Shown one piece after another: positions 1 through 11,001 of a DNA stretch of 64,000 nt. Both the position numbers and the translations under genes were made by a program. This DNA is from Dimorphilus gyrociliatus (taxonomy: Eukaryota > Animalia > Annelida): contig CAJFCJ010000003.1 of NCBI GenBank assembly GCA_904063045.1, positions 558,001-622,000 on the forward strand, written 5' to 3'. The notes under the pieces were generated by a model. That model saw nothing but the letters and a program-made list of their open reading frames with translations, had not been told where the DNA came from and searched no databases. How positions within the stretch are numbered: position 1 is the stretch's first letter; each line of letters opens with the position of its first letter.

Positions 1-1254
1 ACAATTCCCTTAGATAAAAAAAGTATTGTTCCATCCAGGGAATTATTTATTATGAAAGTTAGTTATACCCAATTTATATGCCTGTGATATACTCTTATTA
101 TTATTTAAGAATTCATCAAATTATTTTGACTGTAAGAAGTAGACAACCCTCTTAAAATGCTTTAAGTCAATAATACTTAAACTTCAATATTCAATATTTA
201 AATTTTAAAAATGGCAATAGTTCCATAATTAACGGTTTAATAATAACAGTATTAATGATAGCTTAGGAGATATGAATATAGGATTTAAAGAGGTGGATTA
301 GACGGTACAGATAATATAAAAGTAGGGAGCAGGGAGGGAGTTAAAGAGGGAGGTGGAAAGGGAAAGAAGCTATACTAAAATTAAATTATATTTGTATAAT
401 TTGATAGAATTATCTTATTAATGTACATTTATTCTCTTTATATTCGTTATTTTTTTTTATTGTGATAAGAAAAGATGAGACGTGTTGGAGAAAAGACTTA
501 AAAAATTTTTTTACTACATTTAAACGGCGTAGATATAATTTGATTTTATCTTATCTATAAGTATCTTATATATTTTTATTAGTCTCTCTAACATTTACTA
601 GCAATCGTAGTCAAAATTTCTACTTTTATTTATTTAAAATTCCTATGGGTATTCTAGAAAACCGGAGGAATAATCAATAGTTGTAATTTAAGTGTCTTGT
701 ACGAAGTTGAGAAAGGGAGGGGAGGGAGGAGGGTGAGTGCTGGGCGTGATAAGGAAAAAGTTGAATTGAAAGAGAATGTAGAATAGGAAATATTGATAAT
801 AATTAGAAGAATACTTACTGTCATATACATACATATATATGTATCATTTTTGCTGGAAAACTTTTAAACTGACGTTTAGTACCACAGCAAGACCGATAGT
901 TAACTAAATATTAATACAAGCATTACTATTCTAGATTCATTCTCCAGGTAAAGCGACTCATGTTGCGTCGAAGTGTCACAAGCTTTACATCAAAGATTGT
1001 TATTGATGAATTTTCCACAGTTTTCTCTTATATATTTTTGTAGGACTTGGTTTGTTATTTAAAAGAATTTATGTAAAATTTATTTATTTATTTATATTTT
1101 ATTAAATAAGTAGATGAATACGTCTTTTAGCTATTTTGCATACATGGTCATTTTTTGAATAATTTACACGTATTAAGCATATATTTATATACATACTGTA
1201 TTCATACATATTTATCATAAATTGTGTTCTTATTCTATCTGTCTCTCGATACAG

Positions 1255-2189
1255 GTGTACCTAAATCTAGTTCTGGAATATGTACCCGAAACCGTTTACC
1301 GTATAACGCGACATTATTCAAAGATGAAGCAAACAATCCCAATGTTGTACATAAAAGTATATATGTACCAATTATTCAGGGGCTTAGCGTATATTCACCA
1401 GGAGGACGTATGTCACCGCGATATAAAGCCCCAAAACCTTTTATTAGATCCTGAATCGGGTGTTTTAAAACTGTGCGATTTCGGTTCAGCCAAACAACTA
1501 GTACGCGGTGAACCTAACGTTTCCTACATTTGTTCGAGATATTATCGTGCACCTGAATTAATCTTTGGCGCTACTGATTATACGCCTCAAATTGATGTCT
1601 GGTCTGCCGGCTGCGTCGTTGCCGAGTTATTATTGGGACAACCGATTTTCCCAGGAGATAGTGGCGTTGATCAGTTGGTTGAAATTATCAAAGTTCTTGG
1701 TACTCCTACTAGAGAGCAAATTAGGGAAATGAATCCGAATTATACCGAATTTAAATTTCCTCAAATAAAAGCGCATCCTTGGGGTAAAGTGTTCAGACCC
1801 CGAACCCCGTCAGAGGCATTGGACCTAGTATCGAAGCTGTTGGAATATACGCCAACGAAGAGGATCATACCATTGGAGGCCTGCGCCCATTCGTTCTTCG
1901 ATGAACTACGTGGGCAAAATACTAGATTGCCTAATGGACGACCACTTCCACCCTTGTTCAATTTTACGGAGAAAGGTGAACAAAACAAAAAATACTTTTG
2001 AATATATTTATATAAAAGTTGAATATTTTCTTTATGTAAATATATTGATATATATATATATATAAATATATATATGTGTGTATATGTTCTAACACTATAG
2101 AACTCGCCGTTAGACCTGCTCTACAGGGACGACTCATTCCCTCGACGTCCGAAAATCAGGAACAGCAAGCTTCCGGTGGAGACATGTAA
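1255..2189 (+). CDS. GSK3B: Glycogen synthase kinase-3, 3' part; 5' exons lie upstream of the window
   Basis: Exons 1255-1975 and 2101-2189 (acceptors ACAG at 1254 and TAG at 2100, phase-1 donor GTGAA at 1976). Translation [55 protein letters not shown]|[18 protein letters not shown] is diagnostic of GSK3. No N-lobe exons found in 1-1254. Confidence 0.95.
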
Positions 2190-2876
2190 AATAAAAACAA
2201 AACAGAAACTAAACTTTAAATCATTAAAAAACAAAAAAAAAACAAAACAAAAAAAATTTATTGAAAGAAAACAAAAGATAATTTAAAAACAAGTGCGTTT
2301 TTAACCGACTATTTCATTTCTTTTCTCTTTTTTGTTGTGCGTACGACGTTTACTTTTTGTTCGTTTAGGTAAGACGAGTGTAATATTCGTTGTGTAAAAA
2401 AGAAAAAAAAGGAAGAAAAAAAGAAGAAGGAGAAGAAGAAGAAATGGAAAGAATCGTAAAAAAACTGCATTAAAAAAAATTTTAATATGTTTTTTTTTTT
2501 TTTTTGCAGTTTTTTTTCTTTTTTTTTTCCTTTTTTATATTTATCTTCACGATACTTATTCAAAATCGGAAAATATATACATTTCATATATATGTATATA
2601 CATATACATGTTACATACATACTTTTATAAAAAACAAGAAACATTTTATAGATTCGTCGCTCTTCCTTTTCCATTCTTATTTATTCTATACATTTTTTTG
2701 TAATGTATAAATGTATGAATGTGTGTAATGCACCGTAGTTATGAATAAACAAAAAATTACTTGTGTTTAAGTGAATATTTAAGACTATAATCATATCCGA
2801 GAAAAAACGATTAAATAAATACAATAGAGTTTGTTTTATGACTATTTCTCTTTTATTATTATATATTGTACATACA

Positions 2877-2878
<2 letters not shown>

Positions 2879-2914
<36 letters not shown>
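2879..2914. repeat. (AT)n microsatellite
   Basis: About 18 AT units. Confidence 0.9.
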
Positions 2915-2918
<4 letters not shown>

Positions 2919-3191
2919 TGTCCTCCTTTGTACTGAAATGCTGATGTCAGCTGACGATAGTGATTTTTTTTTCTCTTTATATTTGTTGAAAATCTATATT
3001 TTTTTAATTATTTAGACCCTTTGCACCTGTAGATAAAAAAAATAGTGAAATTGATGATTATATTACACTCAGTAATTTATAGAGATAAATGTTTAGTGGG
3101 TAAATTCAAAAGAAAAGTACTTGAAAATTGGCGCCTTGTTTCAAAACCGGAATCGGAAAATATCTGCTGAACAGGCCACCAGACTATTTTC

Positions 3192-3206
3192 GTTTCCAAG
3201 GACAAC
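3192..3206. promoter_or_regulatory. RFX X-box-like element upstream of the coiled-coil gene
   Basis: GTTTCC-AAG-GACAAC fits the relaxed consensus RTHNYY-N1-3-RRNRAC and ends 80 bp upstream of ATG 3286. Confidence 0.5.
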
Positions 3207-3285
3207 TTTGAATAGATTGATTTGCCAAAATAGTATTAAATTGTTCAATTAGTTGATTATAAATGGTAAAACATCATTTAAAGTT

Positions 3286-4515
3286 ATGTCTCAGAATCGA
3301 TATGCCTTATTGTTAAGGCCCGATGCCTATGTAGATGAGCTAGGAGAAGGATCACAAGAATATGCTGCCTTTCTCAGGTATTCATTCACTTTTTCTCATA
3401 ATTATTTAGAGATAGTCCTCGGGATAACTCTTAATCAAAATAACGTTGTAATAAACATAGGGACAAAGAAAGAAAATGCGGAGCATCTGGTTTCGTTGAT
3501 TCGAAAAGTGCTCAGCAGAGTTACCAACTAAGAAAGAAAAGTAAAACAGCTGAACCTGCAAAGAGCAAAACTAGAGAGAAAGAGCCGAAAGAGCCGAGAT
3601 CTGCATCTGTTATCGATGTTAGAAATCAATTCCTAAAGGACCAAAAGCAATTCGATAAACAAATAAAAGTGATCGAGGTAAGTAATTAAACTATTACAAC
3701 TTGCTTTAGATAGTAAAGATAAAGATATACTGTATACAGTATATACTTGTTGTATATTGCATCTTTCTCCACCTTGTAATACTGCAATAAAACTATGCAG
3801 AGGAAACTGACAAAACAGATACAACCAGGGAGAGATAGTATTCGCTATCTGTCTTCCTTAATTGAATATAAAAATATAAGAAATAGTTGACAGGCTACTC
3901 TTTACCAACAAAGAACTAATTGATTTAACAACCTCTTCTCTTCACTTTATTATTAATAACATGTTTGCTTGTTTGTTTGTTCTATAGGATCATATGTGGC
4001 AGCATAAGCAAGAAGAAAGAGAATTAAAGAGATCGGAAGGAGATATAATAAAAAACCAGAGACAAGTTCGCAAAAGTTTAAGGGATTTTGAAATGGGTTT
4101 GTATTAAAAGCTCTAAATGAATATCGTATTTCTTTAATCCTTGTTAATTGGAGCAATTTAATCCTTCTCTCTTATGAAGTAGCGACATCTGTAAGACTTT
4201 CAGTAGCACTAATTCCTTTCGATTGATTTGATCGATTGATCAAAAGAAAGCCTACGCAAAGTATATTAAGTTAAAAAGGGTTTGGCGACACAACCTTTTT
4301 GTCCAATCAAATCAATATAGCTTCTTCCTTACAATCATTTTTCATTTTGCAACCAGTTTTATCTCTCCCGCTCATTCCCAAATCCACAATTCCCTTCTGT
4401 TTCGTTCGCTAACCCTTGGCGCGTTTGCGTTTCTCTCTCCTGTTCAAGAGTTTGTTCAATAAAAAGAAGGTTTAAATATATTGAATTTTCTTTACTCTAA
4501 ATAGATCACATATCC

Positions 4516-4557
<42 letters not shown>

Positions 4558-7455
4558 TTCTGTCTTTTTCTATATCTTTGTATCTATTCTGTTAATCTCC
4601 TAACGACTTCTGTTGGGAAAGCTGTATACTTTATTAATTGATATATGTCTTTAAAATGACACTTTAATTTATCATTAGTTTTCGTATTTTAAACATAACA
4701 TTGTCAATATTGACAAGATGACAAATAAGTTGTTTAAATATGTAATTAGAGAAAGAAGAATAAGGTTTTAAAAAAGGGCAAGTAGTTGTTGGGTGTTGGC
4801 TCTCTGTGGAAAAGAAAGAGTTGATAGGGAAAGAGAAAGAGAAAGAACGAGAAGAAAATCAATTTAAGCATGATTTCTTAAAGAGGTGATAAGAAGTTAT
4901 TAGAAAGAGAGAGAATAAAGTCACTTTGAGCCTATAGCACAGACGATTTTGATTTTTTTATATTGATCGATTTGTATAAATTAAATTTTCTACCAATCGA
5001 AAAAAATTCCATTAGACCTATTCATTACGAAATTCGCACTCCTTTTCTTTATTCATATGGTATTCTGTGTTTATATTTGAAAGACTATTTACCTTGAATA
5101 AAATCGAATAACCGATCAGTCAACGTTGGAGCTTTTTAACGTGAACTTGAAAACGATATATTGAAGAGTAATTAAATAGTTTTGATCGGAATGTATAAAG
5201 AATAGAAAATATTAAGTGATAGATAGATTGAAAGATAGGCTAGATAGATAGATAGATAAATAGATACATAGATAGACTATGGCAGAGAAACGTCGCGTAA
5301 CATTCTCAATACCATCAAAGACTGTTCAGAAAGAGACTACTGAGAACAACCAAAACCTTTTTCTTCGTAGATTACGATTAACTTTGAAAAGTGCTAATCG
5401 TAAAACTGTATCCAGGTTTGTATATGCAGCAAATATGTCAATGGATTGTTATATATAAAGTTTATATATAGAGCATATTAATAAGATTTAAAAGTGTTTG
5501 TATTACCCTTTAAAACGTTTTTTCCCTTTCGTTTAACTGTTATTATTTATTGTTATTTGTATAACAAATATTGAAGATTTTTTCAAGAGAAAAGCTATTT
5601 CCTTTCCTTTGACTATTTAAAGATTAAATATACATCTATATATATATATATATATATTTTACATACAGCAATCAATCGAAAGAAGCTTTCAGAGGAGAAG
5701 AAACTCAATCAAGGGCTGGAAAAGTACACAAAATTTCAGAGAGAATACGTACATCAAAAGGAGAATGTAAGCTATTTTAAAACCTATTAATATACTTCTA
5801 AAAAAAAGAAATACAGCGTATTGTACTTGATCAACCATCTAATTAAGTTGACGCTTTCGCAATGTATATTGTATTTATACTGCTTTATATATTCAATAAT
5901 ATTAACGATACTATGAAATTTAACAATAGACAAATCGTCAGAGAATTCAACAAACAATCAATATGGACCAGCAAAAGAACGCTTGTCAGAGGAAAATGCT
6001 AAACACTTCGTAAGTTAAATATTCTGAAATATTTACAGGGAAAAGATAAGAGATATCTACTTATAGATACAGTATATATTTATATTAATATTCATATATA
6101 TGTATATATTTACTTTCAGAACTAATTTGGCTAGACAATATAGAACAAAACTAGAGGAATTAGAGGCTAAAAGGATGCAAATTGAACATATCAATGAACA
6201 ATATACAGACAAATTAAGGCAATCGGAGGAAGAGCAGAATAGATTAAAAAGAGAATTGGGTGAATTGGCAATTTCTCTAAATATGGAAGCTCAGAAAGGG
6301 AAAACTAAAGTCCTTGAATACAAATAGTGAGTTCCCAAAAGGTTTAACTAGGAAAAAGAGAGAAATTGTTCTTTTAAATCGATTTTTTCTTTCCCCATCT
6401 TAATTCCTTAGTGAGACCGTTAAAGAGAAAACGAAACGTCTAAATGACGACAAAGTTCGTAATGAAGAAATTGAGAACAAATTAGGGTTAATCTAATAAA
6501 TCTATTAATAACATGTGAACGATAATTAATGTTTTCCATTATTAATTATTAGCAAAAGCGATGTCGACAGTAAAGCAGCCGAACGTAGTAAGAGAAAACT
6601 CAGTGCTGAACTTAGCCTGACAAGAGCACATTTGCAATTGAAACAACGCGAGGGTTAGCATGGATAGAGTAGAATTTCATTAATATTTACTAATAGATTT
6701 ATATGTAATCAATTAGAGGGACGCCATAAGCAAGACACTGAAACGCGTTTAAAGAATAACGCTACTGAGCAAAAACAACTTAGTGAAATGGCTGCTAACG
6801 TTGAACTTGAAATGAAATCTAGGCAAATTGATAAGAAAATCATTGACATAAATAATAGAAAAAAGGAAAAATTGGAAAAGGATCTGACGGAGAAAAAGGA
6901 AAAATCTCAGAATCACGAAGAAATTTTCAATAGCAAGTTTCAAAAAAGAAACGCCGATCATCGTGTTAAAATTCACGAGGATCATCTTAAGCATTTTCAG
7001 GTATGTATCTTAATAGAGTTTCTCCTAGTTTCTTGCAATTTTAATTAATTTCTTACTGTTCCATTTGTATTTACTAGAAATCTGTGAATAAGGGAGAGGA
7101 AATTGAGCAGGAACTTTATCAAAGGGTCAGAGACGCTGAATACAAGAGACAAAAGCAAGATCAAGAAGTGAAGAAACTTCAAACGACAATGGCCGATATC
7201 AAGAAAAAGAATGCTTTGCGTCTGCAAAGAGCAATGGCGGAAAATGAAAGGGAAGAGAGGGAACTGGAACAAAAATTAATAAGAGAGCAAGCCTTGTTGA
7301 ATAAACTGCACACTGATAGGGAAGCTAATTACGGTATCTTGATAAGCCATAGAGACAGGCTTAGAGAAGAAAAGTACCTGCTAGAAGAACACGACAGAGA
7401 GCATAATAGACTGCTTCGGATTTCTTTGAGAACCGACGCTCTGCAGACGGAATAG
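3286..7455 (+). CDS. Uncharacterised 546-aa coiled-coil protein, 10 exons
   Basis: Exons 3286-3377, 3461-3677, 3988-4096, 5669-5766, 5930-6009, 6120-6326, 6412-6486, 6553-6653, 6717-7000, 7078-7455. All introns are GT-AG with compatible phases, giving a 1641-nt open frame. The sequence is E/K/R/Q-rich and helical (EDHMWQHKQEERELKRSEGDIIKNQRQVRKSLRDFE; ERELEQKLIREQALLNKL). No family recognised. Confidence 0.8.
4521..4560. repeat. (CT)n microsatellite
   Basis: Near-perfect TC tract in intron 3 of the coiled-coil gene. Confidence 0.9.
5217..5276. repeat. Imperfect (AGAT)n tract
   Basis: GATA/AGAT units immediately upstream of ATG 5279. Confidence 0.8.
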
Positions 7456-7807
7456 CTAAATTTATATATATATATATATATATATAATTATCTCATTCTA
7501 ACTATTTTGATTATCGCAAATAATGGGGAGAGGGTGGGAGGGGTGGGAAGAATTTTAAAGGGTTATTTGGAAGGGGAAAGGGAGGAGATTTGAAGAATGA
7601 TAAAAGAGTTAAAGAGAAAGATGAGTAGAGAAGTATGGAGAACGATAAAGAACTCAAATCAATGATATTATTATTTATTAAAAGAAAGAAAAACCGTACA
7701 CTTTATTTTCTTTGTTTTTTCTCCGATTTTTTTCACTTTTAAAGGAATAAAAAGATAATAAAAAAAAAGAAAACAGAAGTTGAATTTGATGTTTTATTTT
7801 TGAATAT

Positions 7808-8645
7808 CTAAGTTTTTCGTCTAGTTGTATGATCGTAAACAACCACTTGCTGATATTTAGGTGTCTCTATTACCGTCCTTGTAGAGTTATCTCCTGGAGA
7901 CGAGGCTTTAGGATCTACGTTTAGGGTCTTTCTATCCCTTTTATTTTTAAAGAGGAGACCAGAAGCATTTTCGGCCATTACTTGATAATTTGGTGTAGGA
8001 TTTGAGGTTGAAGTTTGCGTTTCCCAATTGTAAAAGCTAAAGAAGATATTCCCTTAGATAGGGCTTACATGTGAATATATTAGATTATTGATTACCTTAA
8101 ATCCGATGGGCGGGGTAGTAGCTTCTTCTTGCAGGAGAAATATGGTTCAAAGTCCTCGCTCTTCAGTCGATGAGCATAATCGATATATCCAGATATTTCT
8201 TGGCCACGAGAATTTTTATCCCTTATAAAAATGATAGATGTCATTTTTCCACTTCTGTTCTTTTCTTCCCTTTCAGCAAGAGATCTTAGAAAAGGATCTT
8301 TAATTTCTTTTCCAGAGCTCGCTAATGTTTTTTGTTGACTTCTCTTAGAAACTCTACTAGCTTCGGCAGCTGCTTTTCTAGCTTCGAATTCTTCTCTTTT
8401 TAATACTTCACCACTTCCTCTATAGCCAAGTTCAACTAATTGTCGAGCGAGTTCTTCATCCTTAACAAGAGAGGAGAAAGAGAGAGGGAGAGAAAGATAA
8501 TTTATTGAATTGTAATTGATAAAAATATATTATTTACCTCCAAGTAATAAAGATCTAAGGAAGTTATTTGAGAATCAAGAAACTCTTCGTATGTTCCATA
8601 TTCTGTAGCAATATTATCGCTACCTCCCTGAACCTCTTCTTCCAT
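7808..8645 (-). CDS. CFAP299: Cilia- and flagella-associated protein 299 (C4orf22-like)
   Basis: Exons 8645-8538, 8460-8096, 8036-7808. [36 protein letters not shown]|[39 protein letters not shown]|[29 protein letters not shown] matches, from recall, human C4orf22/CFAP299 along its full length. Exons 2-3 are absent from the ORF track. Confidence 0.92.
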
Positions 8646-8860
8646 AACGGATGTCTGTGTAAACAACAATAACATATATATATACTGTATATACATATAT
8701 TTATATATAATAACAGAAACTAATAGATTAGATTATAAAATTAAAGCAAGTTGAAATCTTACATTTTTTTATTCGGTTAAATAAATCAACTTTATAACCA
8801 GATTTACTGTTATATGAAAAAAAAAGTGTTATTTTTTTTAAATTAACGTCCTACTTTCTG

Positions 8861-8874
8861 GTTGCTAAGTGATG
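8861..8874. promoter_or_regulatory. Weak X-box (good half-site) in the CFAP299/tetraspanin divergent promoter
   Basis: GTTGCTAAGTGATG: the left half matches GTTRCY, the right half is poor. It lies in the 312 bp between ATG 8645 (-) and ATG 8958 (+). Confidence 0.25.
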
Positions 8875-8957
8875 ACTAACAATTGTATGTTTTTAGTCAT
8901 AAAAAACATTTTGCACAGAATGCAGAAAGCCGCCAAATAGGAGTGAGATTTAAAAAT

Positions 8958-10727
8958 ATGGCATTGGCATCGTATAATAAACATAAAGGTATAACTGGCC
9001 TTAAAACAAACGTAAAAAGTAAAAAGAATATAAAATTCGACGATGGAGCAATAAAACGAAATGGAAAATCCTCGGATTCTCTGTTAGTACCGCAAACTGA
9101 AGTTAGTTGCGTCATTAAATATTTTGTTTTTGGCTTTAATGTTCTTTTTTGGGTAAGTTTTACTTGTTATTTCTACCATTTTAATTTATGCAGAATTAAT
9201 ATTCATTAGTTTATTATGATTAATATATAATTATAAACTACTTTTACTTTTAAATTACTTTGTTAATAAATTTTTTAAATTTATAAAAACAAAGAAAAGC
9301 CAATTGTTCTTTTGTTCTTTGTTCCTTTTGTTTTATATAAAATCAATTAAAATTAAAAGTTTCATAGGCTTCTTGTTTCATTATTAATCTATGTTATTCA
9401 TCATTTAGCTGTTGGGTGGCATAATTGCTGGTATTGGAATATGGGCGTGGTCAGAGAAGGAGATGTTTCGTAAAATGACTAAAATTACGTCTATTCAGAT
9501 TGATCCAGCAATAGTGTTTATTGTTGGAGGGTCGGTTATATTTATAATTGGTTTTACAGGTTGTGTTGGAGCTCTGAGGGAGAATAGTTGCCTATTACTT
9601 ACAGTAAGATAGATAATATCCTTTAAGAGATAGGTTAAATGCTACAGAATTATAATTTCCTATAATTTCCCTTTTAATTATTTATACATATAGTACTGTG
9701 TGTTAATTGGTGTAATATTTTGTATCGAATTGACTCTTGCTGCCCTCGGTTTCAGTTTCAAGGACAAAGTATGCCTTTTGAGGACCATCTCATCCAATTA
9801 ATTGTTTATTCTTTACATATTGAGCTAGATTCAAGACGAAATTCAAAAGAGTCTATTGATTTTTATTAAGAAATACAGAGATGATCCAGATTTGCAAAAT
9901 TTAATAGATTGGGTACAAAAAGATTGGCTACATTGTTGCGGAGTCTACGATTACAACGACTGGGAAAGAAATGAATACTTTAATTGTTCTTCTCCTTCTC
10001 GAGAGGCTTGCGGAGTTCCTTTCTCATGTTGCAAAGTGGATAAGTTGTCTAAATACTTAATATATAATAGACAGTGCGGATACGATCTCAGAAAGGTTTT
10101 TAGTGCCATTTTCTCAATAATAACTCATTTATATTAGAACCTTGTAAGAGAGCCTAAAATATTCATAGAGATAACTTTTAATTAAGCAAAATAAGGTGAA
10201 TAATGCAGTTGAGATCCTTAATCTAGACGGCTGCTTTTCAAGCGGAATGATCTGGTTTAAAGAGCATTTACAAACGATTCTAGTTATTTTTGTAACTATA
10301 ATGGCCGTACAGGTCTAACTAGAAAATAAGTAATTTTATAGGTTAAGCAAGTCTAGACGATAATCTAAATTCCGAGAATTCTATAACAGCTTCTTCAAGT
10401 AAATTCATCTTTAATCTACGGTGGATGTTACGAAAAGGGTGAAGAATTGCTTGCGAAATACTTTATACCCATGCTTGGAACTTGTATTTCCGTAGCTGTA
10501 ATGCAGGTGACAAAGCTGAGGTTTTCCGAAAAAAAAACCTATCTCTATCTCTTATTTACTTTTAACCTACTTCTTTTTTCTACACCATTTCAAATAAATC
10601 CTGGAAACTATTTGTTTTGATGAGCTATTTTTTCACCCTACAGATTCTAGGCGTATGTTTCGCTTATAATCTAAGAAGTGATATATCCCTACAAAGGAAA
10701 AGAATAGAAAAATGCAACTCAGTATAA
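8958..10727 (+). CDS. Tetraspanin of the TspanC8 subfamily (TSPAN5/14/17/33-like), about 310 aa
   Basis: Exons 8958-9152, 9409-9603, 9694-9768, 9829-10095, [10196-10312 or 10390-10506], 10644-10727. Motifs [57 protein letters not shown]; 8 Cys in the large extracellular loop; 4 TM segments. Confidence 0.9.
10196..10312 (+). CDS. Tetraspanin alternative exon 5A
   Basis: AG|..|GT, 117 nt, phase 0/0: [39 protein letters not shown]. Confidence 0.75.
10390..10506 (+). CDS. Tetraspanin alternative exon 5B
   Basis: CAG|..|GTGA, 117 nt, phase 0/0: [39 protein letters not shown]. Confidence 0.75.
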
Positions 10728-11001
10728 AAAATTTAAATGATTTTATTTCGCTTTCAAAATTTTTACCATCCCTCCCACCCCTCTCCCTCAACCTACGAAA
10801 AACCCCATGATCATAAATTTGCTGCTTGAAACAAAACACAGACATAAACATAAAAAAATATCGCACTCCTTCCGCATGTTATTCAATAATACTTAACTTA
10901 TGCGAAAAATGGAACAAATATGTACATGAAAGTGAATAAAAATCGTCATACATGAATTTTGGTACAAAATTTCCTATTCTGTATACTTTTTCGATCGTAA
11001 A

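Noticed and set aside
935-947. 13-nt AG..GTAAAG micro-exon candidate upstream of the GSK3 exon
   Set aside because: Frame-shifting length and no match to the expected GSK3 residues (..GEKKDE).
2309-2710. K/F-rich ORFs here, and similar ones at 50432-50788, 54438-54766 and 59172-59439
   Set aside because: Translations of homopolymer or microsatellite tracts with no protein-like content.
9617-9624. U12-type ATATCCTT word, and TCCTTAAC at 8459
   Set aside because: Not at an exon boundary or on the wrong strand; all local introns resolve as U2 type.
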